Of a stretch of DNA of 64,000 nucleotides, positions 51,451 to 59,865 are shown piece after piece. Location of the stretch: contig CAYQZM010000207.1 of assembly GCA_964421935.1 (NCBI GenBank), positions 5,567-69,566 on the forward strand. Direction: 5' to 3'. The position numbers and the translations under genes are program-made. The notes below the pieces were generated by a model. The model had not been told where the DNA came from and made no database searches. It was given only the letters and a program-made list of their open reading frames with translations. Within the stretch, counting starts at the first letter, position 1. Each line of letters starts with the position of its first letter. The DNA comes from an uncultured Rhizobium sp. Its GTDB lineage: Bacteria; Pseudomonadota; Alphaproteobacteria; Micropepsales; Micropepsaceae.

Positions 51451-52661
51451 GTCGGGCCAATCCGGCATCCCACGGAAACGCCAACCTGGAAATCGCGGTC
51501 GCGGCGGCTGGCATCCTGTTCGTGGCCGCAGGTCTGCTGGCAGACCAAAGCTGGTGGGATGATCACTTCCTGCCGGTCTTCTTCTTTTCGCACGAAAAAT
51601 ACGTGCTGGCGGAAAGGCTCGTCCGCATCGCGGCGGTCGCGTTGGGCGTCTTTCTTATTGTGATCCTGCGCCCCATCATCGGCCGCATGGCGCGCCGGAT
51701 GCGTGCGGGCGAAATCGCCGCCGGCACCTTGCGCATCCTTCTGGCCATCGGGCTCGCGATCGCGGTGACAGAGTTTACGATGCGCCATGACTTCGCCTTT
51801 GCGGCGGCAGAGATACAGCCGGGCGAGGAACCGATTCGCCAGCCGGACCCCCGGCTGGGCTGGGTTTTCAAGCCGGCACATGATGGCAGCACGATCGTCA
51901 GCGGGCGCAAGATCGCCTACGCGATCGACATGCATGGCTATCGTGTGCCCAGCCACAGCCTGCCGGTGGACCCCAATTCGCCATCCGTCGTGTTCACGGG
52001 CGAATCCATTATCGCCGGATATGGACTCAACTGTGACGAAACCATTCCGGCGCAAGTCGGCGCCGCGCTGGACCTTCAGGCCGCGAACATCGCCGTGTTC
52101 GGCTATGCCAACGACCAGGCCTATCTTCGCCTGGCAGCGGAGTTGCCGCGCTTTCGCCAGCCGCGCGCCGTCGTCTCGCTTTTCATCCCGTCCCTCTTCG
52201 CCCGCAATCTGGGCGATGACCGGCCGCATCTGGGGGCTCGGTTGAACTGGATGCCCGCCATCCACCGCTTATGGGTCAGCGCGCTTTTCCACTTTCTGGT
52301 GCCCTATCATAGCGAGACAGAGATCGAGCAAGGTATCCAGGCTACGCGGGCCGAATTGATCGCGACCGCCGAACTGGCGCGCCGGCGGGGCGCCATCACC
52401 CTGGTCGTGGATCCCCAATTTGGTCCTGAGAGCGCCACCGAACGGATGCTTCGGCGCCGCATCCTCGGGGAATCGGGCTTGTCTTACGTTCGGGTCGCGC
52501 TCGATCCCACATGGCATCTCAAAGGCGATTTACATCCCGATCCGCGGGCGGCACATGCCATCGCGATGGCCATCGCGACAAGGCTTCGGGCCGATCTGGC
52601 GCAGCAAGCAAGCGGGCGTGACGTCCCGGGCTCGGTCCCACGCCCGCGGGCAGTCAATTAG
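51447..52661 (+). CDS. Membrane-anchored SGNH/GDSL-like hydrolase-fold protein (tentative)
   Basis: Three N-terminal TM segments, then VVFTGESIIAGYG (GDS-like block) and a later DLHPDPRAAHAIA (DxxH-like block). Start overlaps the methyltransferase stop. Confidence 0.5.
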   Translation: MSRANPASHGNANLEIAVAAAGILFVAAGLLADQSWWDDHFLPVFFFSHEKYVLAERLVRIAAVALGVFLIVILRPIIGRMARRMRAGEIAAGTLRILLAIGLAIAVTEFTMRHDFAFAAAEIQPGEEPIRQPDPRLGWVFKPAHDGSTIVSGRKIAYAIDMHGYRVPSHSLPVDPNSPSVVFTGESIIAGYGLNCDETIPAQVGAALDLQAANIAVFGYANDQAYLRLAAELPRFRQPRAVVSLFIPSLFARNLGDDRPHLGARLNWMPAIHRLWVSALFHFLVPYHSETEIEQGIQATRAELIATAELARRRGAITLVVDPQFGPESATERMLRRRILGESGLSYVRVALDPTWHLKGDLHPDPRAAHAIAMAIATRLRADLAQQASGRDVPGSVPRPRAVN

Positions 52662-52687
52662 CCGTCCCGCGGGTGTCGCCGCCGGCC

Positions 52688-53689
52688 TCAGGCTGTGGCA
52701 TAAGGCTTCACGAATTCCGTATAAGCGCGCTTGATGAAGCGCTTGTCGGCTTCGCTGAGAGCGGCCATCGAATCCTTCCCGTTGGGCATGACCCGGATTT
52801 TGGTCCCCTCAGGAAAGAAGCCGCGCGCAATCATGGCATAGGGATCGACATTGGGAATGGTCATGAAAGCGGCATAGCGGCCATACAGATCGAAAGCCTC
52901 GCGCTCCTTGCCGGCATTCCACAACTCGAAGGTGCGCTGCAGGATATCGCAGAGGGTGAACGCAGGACAGTTGCCGTCAAACCCCTCCCCCAACTCGCTG
53001 ATGAAGGTATGCGCCGCCCGGCCGGCGAACACCGATATCCTGCCCCCTGTCCTGGCGCGGATCTGGGCAATGCGATTCAGCGGCTCTCCCGCCTCGTCCT
53101 TGATGCAGGCCAGGGTCGGTGCCTGGCGGAAGACCTCGGCCACCAGGTCCACGCTTTGGGTACCGGTCGCCTGCATCACCAGGGGCAATGAGGTGGCCGA
53201 TCCAATGGATTTGTAATATTCGACCACGGCCGCATCGGTGGCTTTTTCCGGAGGCAATGAGACCAGCGCGATCACGGCACTGGCGCCATGTGCCTCGGCA
53301 TGTCTGGCAAATTTCGCCGACTGCGCCGTATCCCCGCCCCTGGCCTGAACGCCGATCACGACCTCGGTTGAGGTTCCTTTCGCAGCTGCCAGCAGGGCCT
53401 CGGCGCCGGAAAAACGCTCTTCATCACTCAGGGTGATCCAGCCACTGGCCAGCTGCGGCCATACCACGCCGGGTACCCGCGCCTTGGTGCAGAATTTGAC
53501 CTGCGACGCCAGCAAATCCAGATCGAGCTTGTTGTCCAGCGTACAGGGCGTCTGTGCAATGGGATAGATGCCGCGCATCTTCTTGCGCGGCACCGCCGCG
53601 GCGGCGGGCCCGGTCAACCCCGCCAGGGTGGCAGCACTTGCGCCCGCCAGGAAAATCCGGCGGTCGGTTTCGATCCTGTTCTTTTCCAT
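52688..53689 (-). CDS. Dihydrodipicolinate synthase/N-acetylneuraminate lyase family (class I aldolase) protein with Tat signal
   Basis: Twin-arginine N-terminus IETDRRIFLAGASAATLAGLTGPAAAA. DapA-family pattern GIYPIAQTPCT...LDLDLLASQVKF.... Confidence 0.75.
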   Translation of the reverse strand: MEKNRIETDRRIFLAGASAATLAGLTGPAAAAVPRKKMRGIYPIAQTPCTLDNKLDLDLLASQVKFCTKARVPGVVWPQLASGWITLSDEERFSGAEALLAAAKGTSTEVVIGVQARGGDTAQSAKFARHAEAHGASAVIALVSLPPEKATDAAVVEYYKSIGSATSLPLVMQATGTQSVDLVAEVFRQAPTLACIKDEAGEPLNRIAQIRARTGGRISVFAGRAAHTFISELGEGFDGNCPAFTLCDILQRTFELWNAGKEREAFDLYGRYAAFMTIPNVDPYAMIARGFFPEGTKIRVMPNGKDSMAALSEADKRFIKRAYTEFVKPYATA

Positions 53690-53711
53690 GGCGCGTCCCT
53701 TCGTCTTGCAG

Positions 53712-56690
53712 TCAGAACGTTGTGGTCAGACCAACCTTGATGATACGGCCAAGCGGGCTTGCCACCCAATTGTCGTAGCCGGTGGCCCCCAGATAAAAGG
53801 GCGGGTCTTCATCGGCGATATTGACGACCGTGATGTTGAGATGGTCGTCGCCAAGGAAGCCGTCCTTGAAATCATAGCCCAAATGCAGGTCGAAGGTCAG
53901 ATTGCCCCGCACCGGATCGCCGCCGCCGCTGGGATTGCCCTGGGCGTTGGCGATCAGCGGCGAGATCGAGACACCCGACCAGTTGCGATAGGGGCCGACA
54001 TAGTTGGCATAGAGGTCGACGGCATAAGGGCCTTGCGCCCAATCGGCATGCAGGCGCCCCTGCACCGACGTGGACGGGAACGAGGCGCTGGCACCGGTGG
54101 TATTGAGAATGCTGTAGGGAACCCCCGTCGCGCCCAGGCCGGTATCGTATTTGGTAAGAAGCGTACTGTCGCCGCCGGCGGCGAACGTCCCCCAGTCGGT
54201 GTCCCAGGTATAGTTCAGGCTGACATCGAAGCCCGCCGCATACAGATAGAGATAGTTTCCGACATTGGTGTAGGTGATCACGCTGATCGTGGGCGGCAAG
54301 GCGCTCGTCTGGGTCAGACCGACAGATTGGGAATAGACCAGCGAGGTGGGAGCACCCGCGCCCGGATAGAAGGCGATCTGGCTGTAGAGCGAGGAATTGT
54401 TGACGATATTGGGAACGCTGGGCGCGGTGAAGGCGCCAAGATATTCGGTATCCCAATAGGTGATCTTGGCCAGGAAGCCGGGCAGGAAACTCGGCGCCAG
54501 GTCGGTGCCGACCTCCCAGCCCCGACCGAGGGCCGGGTGGCCGTGCGCAGCGCCGCCATGGATGTTTACGCCTTGCACCGTCGAAGCGAGCACGCAGGTG
54601 ACCGAGGCCAGGGTGCAGGCCTGGCCATTGTTGAATTGCGAGGGCGCAAACTGTGTCAGGACCGGAAAGGCGGCAACCGGTATTGGAATGCCGTCCATCG
54701 CCGTGGTCGAGCCGAAGGTGGTGCCGATGAAGGCATGATACTGGTTGCCGATCTGGTCCAGCCCCGGCGCCACGAAAGACGTCGACATGTTGCCGCGCAG
54801 CTTGACGCCTTCCATGACGTCCCAGTTGAAAGCCAGCTTGTAATTGCTGGTATCGCCCACGTCGCTGTAGTTATCGAAACGGCCGGACATGTTGATGCCG
54901 AACTTCTGGATCAGCGGAATATTCATGTCTGGGCCGACCACCGGCACGTCCAGTTCGGCGAAAGCCGACCGCACGGTGCGGTTGAAATCGTAAAGCTGGA
55001 AATTGGCCCCTGTCGTAGTCGGCCCGGTGCCGTTGGAGCTGACGCCCTGTTGCTGCAGAGTGTAGTGCACCGCCTCGACGCCGGCGGCCACCTTCAAGGG
55101 GCCCGCGGGCAGGTTGAATGCCGTGCCGTTGGTGGAAAGGCGGAATTGCTCGAAGCCGGCGATATTTTCGGTAAGGCTTTTGCTGTCGGCAATGTTGCTC
55201 AGCACTTGCGCGGACGTGCCGTTGCCTGCCCCGATTGTCCACAGATCCAGCGCATTGGCCGTCGTCAGCGGTAGATTCAGGGGGGCGATGGTGGTATTGG
55301 CGACCGCGGCCTGGGTCGTCGAACCGCCGGTGTTGCTGGTGCCGTTCAGCGCCAGATAGGCAGAGCTCACATTCGTCGTGCCGCCCACGCTGCGCTGATA
55401 GCTATCGTCCTTGCCGGCCACCGCAAGCCCATCGATGACGAAATCGCTGCCGGGAACGCGATACTCCGCGCTCATGTCCGCGAACATGGTGCTGGCGCCA
55501 TCGAGATTATAGACACCGCGACCGCCCAGCAGCGGGTCGAGGTTGGCATAGACGCTTTCCCTGGTGATGGCAGGGCCGGCATAGCCGGGAGGCGCTTTCA
55601 AGAAGGGATTGGCCTGCGCCCCCGTCGCAAAGACCGTGACGTTGGAAACGGTGCCTGAACCGCCGGTGGCCTCGTCCTGACGCTGGGCATAAAGCAGATC
55701 AGCCGCCACGGTGAGCGCCGAACCGAAGTCCTGCCTCACCTTCATCATCACATTGTTGCGGATTTCGGATTCAATCAGCGTGGTCTCGCTTGCCATATTG
55801 CAGGGCGCATTGGACTGGGCCGTGCCATACTGGGTGCCGGTGATGACGTCGTAATAGTTGCCCGTGCCGTTCACCCGCACCAGCGGATCGGCACAGCCTG
55901 TGCCTGCCCCGGTGAAGGTGTGGAAATTGGGAGAAGAGCCGCCAGTGACTGTTCCCACGGGGAGACCAGCGGCGATCGCGCGCGCGGTCTGATTGGTATC
56001 GCGCGAAAAGGATCGCTCGTTGGCCGTCAGCGCGCCTTCCTGCACATATTGATAGGCGAAGATGACATTGCCCTTGTCCCAGCTCGCCCCGGACAGGATG
56101 CCACCGGTGAAGTTCATCGCCCCGTCCATGAAGTCGGTCTGGGCGTTGAGCTGCACGCCGTCATAGCGTGAACGGGTCTTGAAATTGATGACGCCGGCCA
56201 CGGCGTTGGAGCCATAGATCGAGGAGTCGCCATTGGCGATGACCTCGATATTCTGCAGCATGCTGGCGGGAATTATGTTGGGGTCCGCCGTGGTGTGGTT
56301 GGTGCCACCGGTCGGAAACTGGTGGCCATCGATCAGCACCAGCGTGGCGTTCGAGCCGCTAGCGCCCAGATTGTGGATGCTCGGCTGATAGTAGTTGTTG
56401 TGGATTCGCGAGCCTTCGCCGGCATTGCCGAAACCGCTGATGACCGGTGTGTTGGCCAGGACCGCCTGCACGGTGGTGGCGCTGGAATTCTGAATGTCCT
56501 CGGGCGTGACCGTGATGAGGTTTGTTCCTACGGGGGCGACACCACGAATGCTGGTGCCGGTGACAACCACCTGCTCCGTCGGCTCGGCCGGCTGGGACGG
56601 CTGGGCCGCGGCGATCGAGGCGCCACCCTGCACGGCCGCAATGATCGCCAATACCGAACTGCCGCGCTTCAGCGGCGAGAGAGTCTTCAT
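53712..56690 (-). CDS. TonB-dependent receptor (~992 aa)
   Basis: Signal peptide MKTLSPLKRGSSVLAIIAAVQGGASIAAAQ. Plug motifs VVVTGTSIRG, LVLIDGHQFP and IEVIANGDSSIYGSNAVAGVINFKT. Barrel ends ...KVGLTTTF. Confidence 0.9.
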   Translation of the reverse strand: MKTLSPLKRGSSVLAIIAAVQGGASIAAAQPSQPAEPTEQVVVTGTSIRGVAPVGTNLITVTPEDIQNSSATTVQAVLANTPVISGFGNAGEGSRIHNNYYQPSIHNLGASGSNATLVLIDGHQFPTGGTNHTTADPNIIPASMLQNIEVIANGDSSIYGSNAVAGVINFKTRSRYDGVQLNAQTDFMDGAMNFTGGILSGASWDKGNVIFAYQYVQEGALTANERSFSRDTNQTARAIAAGLPVGTVTGGSSPNFHTFTGAGTGCADPLVRVNGTGNYYDVITGTQYGTAQSNAPCNMASETTLIESEIRNNVMMKVRQDFGSALTVAADLLYAQRQDEATGGSGTVSNVTVFATGAQANPFLKAPPGYAGPAITRESVYANLDPLLGGRGVYNLDGASTMFADMSAEYRVPGSDFVIDGLAVAGKDDSYQRSVGGTTNVSSAYLALNGTSNTGGSTTQAAVANTTIAPLNLPLTTANALDLWTIGAGNGTSAQVLSNIADSKSLTENIAGFEQFRLSTNGTAFNLPAGPLKVAAGVEAVHYTLQQQGVSSNGTGPTTTGANFQLYDFNRTVRSAFAELDVPVVGPDMNIPLIQKFGINMSGRFDNYSDVGDTSNYKLAFNWDVMEGVKLRGNMSTSFVAPGLDQIGNQYHAFIGTTFGSTTAMDGIPIPVAAFPVLTQFAPSQFNNGQACTLASVTCVLASTVQGVNIHGGAAHGHPALGRGWEVGTDLAPSFLPGFLAKITYWDTEYLGAFTAPSVPNIVNNSSLYSQIAFYPGAGAPTSLVYSQSVGLTQTSALPPTISVITYTNVGNYLYLYAAGFDVSLNYTWDTDWGTFAAGGDSTLLTKYDTGLGATGVPYSILNTTGASASFPSTSVQGRLHADWAQGPYAVDLYANYVGPYRNWSGVSISPLIANAQGNPSGGGDPVRGNLTFDLHLGYDFKDGFLGDDHLNITVVNIADEDPPFYLGATGYDNWVASPLGRIIKVGLTTTF

Positions 56691-56831
56691 GCCGTCCCCC
56701 TTCTGGACCAATGGACCGCCCCCCGGGACTCGCGCCCCGCTTGGACTTTTTTGTGCGTGTACTGGACGAAGAAGCCGGCAGGGGCCTCATCAGTGCGCGA
56801 AATTAATTTTCAAGCGGCGCGGAGGCGCCGA

Positions 56832-56869
56832 CACGAAAGAGCGCGGACCAGCGATGCTGGCCCGCGCTC
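56832..56869 (-). terminator. Probable rho-independent terminator after the enolase-superfamily gene
   Basis: Minus strand: gagcgcgggcca-gcatcgc-tggtccgcgctc (12-bp stem, one mismatch) followed by tttcgtgt. Confidence 0.5.
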
Positions 56870-56921
56870 CACCGGTTGCGCAAACGATCGGTCCAGGGGG
56901 GACGGCGACCGGCAACCGAAC

Positions 56922-58139
56922 TCAGACAGCGTACTTGGCGGCGACCTTTTCGTTGATGGTGTAACCCAGCCCAGGCCGGTCCGGCAGGATCAGCGAACTC
57001 TTCTCGACCCGCTCGGGAGGATCCACCAGCTCGGACCGCCAGGACACTTCGCCATAGGAAAACTCGAAGATCTCGAAATTCGGCACCGTTGCCATGACAT
57101 GAGCGGCAGCGGCATTGCCAATAGGGCTTGCCGGTCCGTGCGGTGAGCACATCAGGCCGGCACCGTCCGCCAGGGCCGCAATCTTCTTCAGTTCCAACAT
57201 GCCGCCTGTGACCTTCACGTCCGGCATCACGATGTCGACGGCTTCCGCCTTGATATAGGGATAGAAGCCTTTGACACCGTGTATTTGCTCGCCGCCCGCG
57301 GTCTGCATCTTCGCCGCCTTGTTGATAGCCGCGAGATTGTCCACCGGTTCGGGCGGGCACACTTCTTCGAGCCAGTACAGCTTCAGAGGCTCAAAGCGCC
57401 TGGCCAGGTCCAGCCCATCCTGCAGGTCGAAGTGACTATGCACGTCAACAAGCACATCCCGGCTGGGACCGATCACATCGCGCACCGCCTGCGCGCAATC
57501 GATGCCCAACTGCTTGAAATGCTCCAGCTGGTCGCGATCGGTGACCTTGCGCGGCATGTCGTCATAGGGCGCGAGCTTGATGGCGTCGAAACCGGCATCG
57601 ATCGCCCGTTTGGCATTGGCGGCAAAGCCGGCCGGGGTGCTGTCCTCTGTCGAGCGGTTGATGTTGGCATAGACGCGAATGCGCTCCTGGATGCGGCCGC
57701 CGAACAGTTCATGGCAGGGAAGCCCCAGGGCCTTGCCCTGCAGGTCCCACATGCAATGTTCGATGGCGCTGGCAGCCACGCCCGATGGCGTGCGGCCGAA
57801 ATTGCCGCCATTTTGCGAGCGGATGGGAGCGGTCGCACGCCGAAACCACTCGATGTCGAAGATGCTGCGGCCGCGCAGCATGCCGGCATACTGTTTGAGA
57901 AACTGGATGCAATCGGCGTCATTCGTGCTTTGGGATGCATCGCCCAGGCCGCTGAGACCATTGGAGGTCTTGAGCCGGGGAATGGTCCAGTTGCCCCGCT
58001 TGTTGATGTGAACATGGACCAATTCCAGGTCAGAGATGATAAACTTCGGCGCCTCTTTCCTTGCCGCAATCGCGAAGGACGGTGCCATCATCAGCGGCGC
58101 GATCGTTATCGCCTGAAGAACCGAACGTCTCTGGGTCAT
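56922..58139 (-). CDS. Enolase-superfamily enzyme (mandelate racemase/muconate lactonizing, acid-sugar dehydratase-like) with Tat signal
   Basis: MTQRRSVLQAITIAPLMMAPSFAIAA, then a MR/MLE pattern (WDLQGKALGLPCHELFGG, FDAIKLAP, VDVHSHF, WLEEVCPP, GGEQIHG, VMPDVKVTGGMLE). Confidence 0.85.
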   Translation of the reverse strand: MTQRRSVLQAITIAPLMMAPSFAIAARKEAPKFIISDLELVHVHINKRGNWTIPRLKTSNGLSGLGDASQSTNDADCIQFLKQYAGMLRGRSIFDIEWFRRATAPIRSQNGGNFGRTPSGVAASAIEHCMWDLQGKALGLPCHELFGGRIQERIRVYANINRSTEDSTPAGFAANAKRAIDAGFDAIKLAPYDDMPRKVTDRDQLEHFKQLGIDCAQAVRDVIGPSRDVLVDVHSHFDLQDGLDLARRFEPLKLYWLEEVCPPEPVDNLAAINKAAKMQTAGGEQIHGVKGFYPYIKAEAVDIVMPDVKVTGGMLELKKIAALADGAGLMCSPHGPASPIGNAAAAHVMATVPNFEIFEFSYGEVSWRSELVDPPERVEKSSLILPDRPGLGYTINEKVAAKYAV

Positions 58140-58363
58140 GCCCCGCCCCTATAGCCCCTGATTTCAGCCTGCTTTTATACCCGATCCTGGCACGCCGGCC
58201 GGTGAGCAGGTGCAAAAAGATGCCATTCGTCCGCGCCGTGTTTTTCACGGCGGTCCGCACCGTGCGTAGACGCAACAGATGCACGGACCCACACCGGACT
58301 TTGGAAAATAATTTTTGATGCGCGGCAAAAGCTGACGTTATAGTCCCCGAAGGGGGAATAATA

Positions 58364-58852
58364 ATGACAGATATCCCTTTTGATCGTGCGTTCTGGGCGG
58401 ATGTCATCCGCCGCGTATCCCGTCGGACGGGAGGCTATTCCGATACCGAGGACCTGGTGCAATCGGCATTCGAACGGATGCAGCGATACAGCACCACGCG
58501 GCAGGTGGAAAACCCGGCCGCCTTCCTGGTCCGCACGGCCGTCAATATAAGACTGGACGCCTATCGGCGCGAGAAACTGCTGGGCAAGCGGCAGTTTCCC
58601 AAGGATTTCGAAGATTATGAAAATAACCTGCCGCTGCAGGATGAGGTTTTGGCCGCCCGCGCGCGTCTAGAGCGGGTCAAGGCAGGGATCGAGCAACTGC
58701 CCGCCCGGACGCGGGAGATTTTCCTGATGCATCGGCTGGAAGGTACGAAGTATAGCGACATCGCCCGCCGCCTGGGCATCAGCGAAAGTGCCGTTGAAAA
58801 GCATGTCGCCCGGGCTACGGCATTCCTGATGAAATGGGCAAGGGACTGGTAA
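58364..58852 (+). CDS. fecI: FecI-like ECF sigma factor
   Basis: DTEDLVQSAFERM...FLVRTAVNIRLDAYRRE...LPARTREIFLMHRLEGTKYSDIARRLGISESAVEKHVARA. Followed by FecR and an STN-domain receptor. Confidence 0.85.
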   Translation: MTDIPFDRAFWADVIRRVSRRTGGYSDTEDLVQSAFERMQRYSTTRQVENPAAFLVRTAVNIRLDAYRREKLLGKRQFPKDFEDYENNLPLQDEVLAARARLERVKAGIEQLPARTREIFLMHRLEGTKYSDIARRLGISESAVEKHVARATAFLMKWARDW

Positions 58853-59796
58853 ACGTGGCCAAGACTGCCGACGAGATCACAGACGAGGCCGCCGCCTGGC
58901 TCGCCAGGCTCAACGCCGATCACCGCACGCCCGCCGATGAAGCCGCGTTCCAGGCTTGGCTGGCGGAGAGCCCCGCCCATCAGGCCGCGTTCGAGGAAGC
59001 AACCATGGTGTGGGAGCTTGCCGGCGGCATGCCCCATGACATGCTGCACGACACGCCCAGGGCTGCGCGCATCGGGCGGCGGGAAGTGCTGGCCGGCTTG
59101 ACGGTTGGGGCGGCGGTTGCGGGCGGGTCTGTGTTCCTGGGCGGCCGGGCTGAAGCCAAGGTCTATGAGACCCAGGTGGGCGAACGTCGCCGTGTCGTGT
59201 TCGAGGACAGCAGCGTCGCCACTCTGGATACCGACACCCGCATCGTCGTCAAGTTCAGCGATGTCGAGCGCCTGGTCGACCTGCAACGGGGACGGGTGAA
59301 CTTCCATGTCAGGGCCGATGGCAAACGGCCTTTCATCGTTGCCGGCGCCAAGGAGACCATCGTCGCGCATCAGTCCAACTTCGATGTGCGTCGTGACGGG
59401 GAGAATATCTCAGTGGTTCTGATCGATGGCCGTGCCTCGGTCGACAGCAGCGGCAGGATGGCCGTACTGGAAAAGGGCGACCGCCTGGTCACGTCGGCAG
59501 ACGGCACCCATCTGGACAAGCCCAGCCTGCTGCCGCTTCTGGCCTGGCAGAAAGGTCAGGCCATCCTGGAAAACGAAAAGCTGAGCGACGCGGTTGTCGA
59601 GATGAATCGTTATAGCGCCGTAAAGCTGGCCATCGACGACAAGACCGCGGCCGAGTTGCGGGTCAGCGGCGTCTACAAGGTGGGTGACAATCTGGGCTTC
59701 GCGCGCTCCATTGCCAGACTGCTTCCGCTCCGCGTGGAGCAGGCGGACGGCAAAGTGCTGCTGCGTGTGGATACCGATCGCATGCGGCAGGGATAG
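58834..59796 (+). CDS. fecR: FecR-like anti-sigma/sensor protein
   Basis: ITDEAAAWLARLNADHRTPADEAAFQAWLAESPAHQAAFEEA. TM segment VLAGLTVGAAVAGGSVFL. The C-terminal part is FecR-like. Start ATG 58834 or GTG 58855. Confidence 0.85.
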   Translation: MGKGLVNVAKTADEITDEAAAWLARLNADHRTPADEAAFQAWLAESPAHQAAFEEATMVWELAGGMPHDMLHDTPRAARIGRREVLAGLTVGAAVAGGSVFLGGRAEAKVYETQVGERRRVVFEDSSVATLDTDTRIVVKFSDVERLVDLQRGRVNFHVRADGKRPFIVAGAKETIVAHQSNFDVRRDGENISVVLIDGRASVDSSGRMAVLEKGDRLVTSADGTHLDKPSLLPLLAWQKGQAILENEKLSDAVVEMNRYSAVKLAIDDKTAAELRVSGVYKVGDNLGFARSIARLLPLRVEQADGKVLLRVDTDRMRQG

Positions 59797-59865
59797 CCGT
59801 CCCGCCGCGGGGGTGCTGGCATCAGGATGGCATCCGTTAAACCCGCGCCCCGCCGTTCTCGCGCG

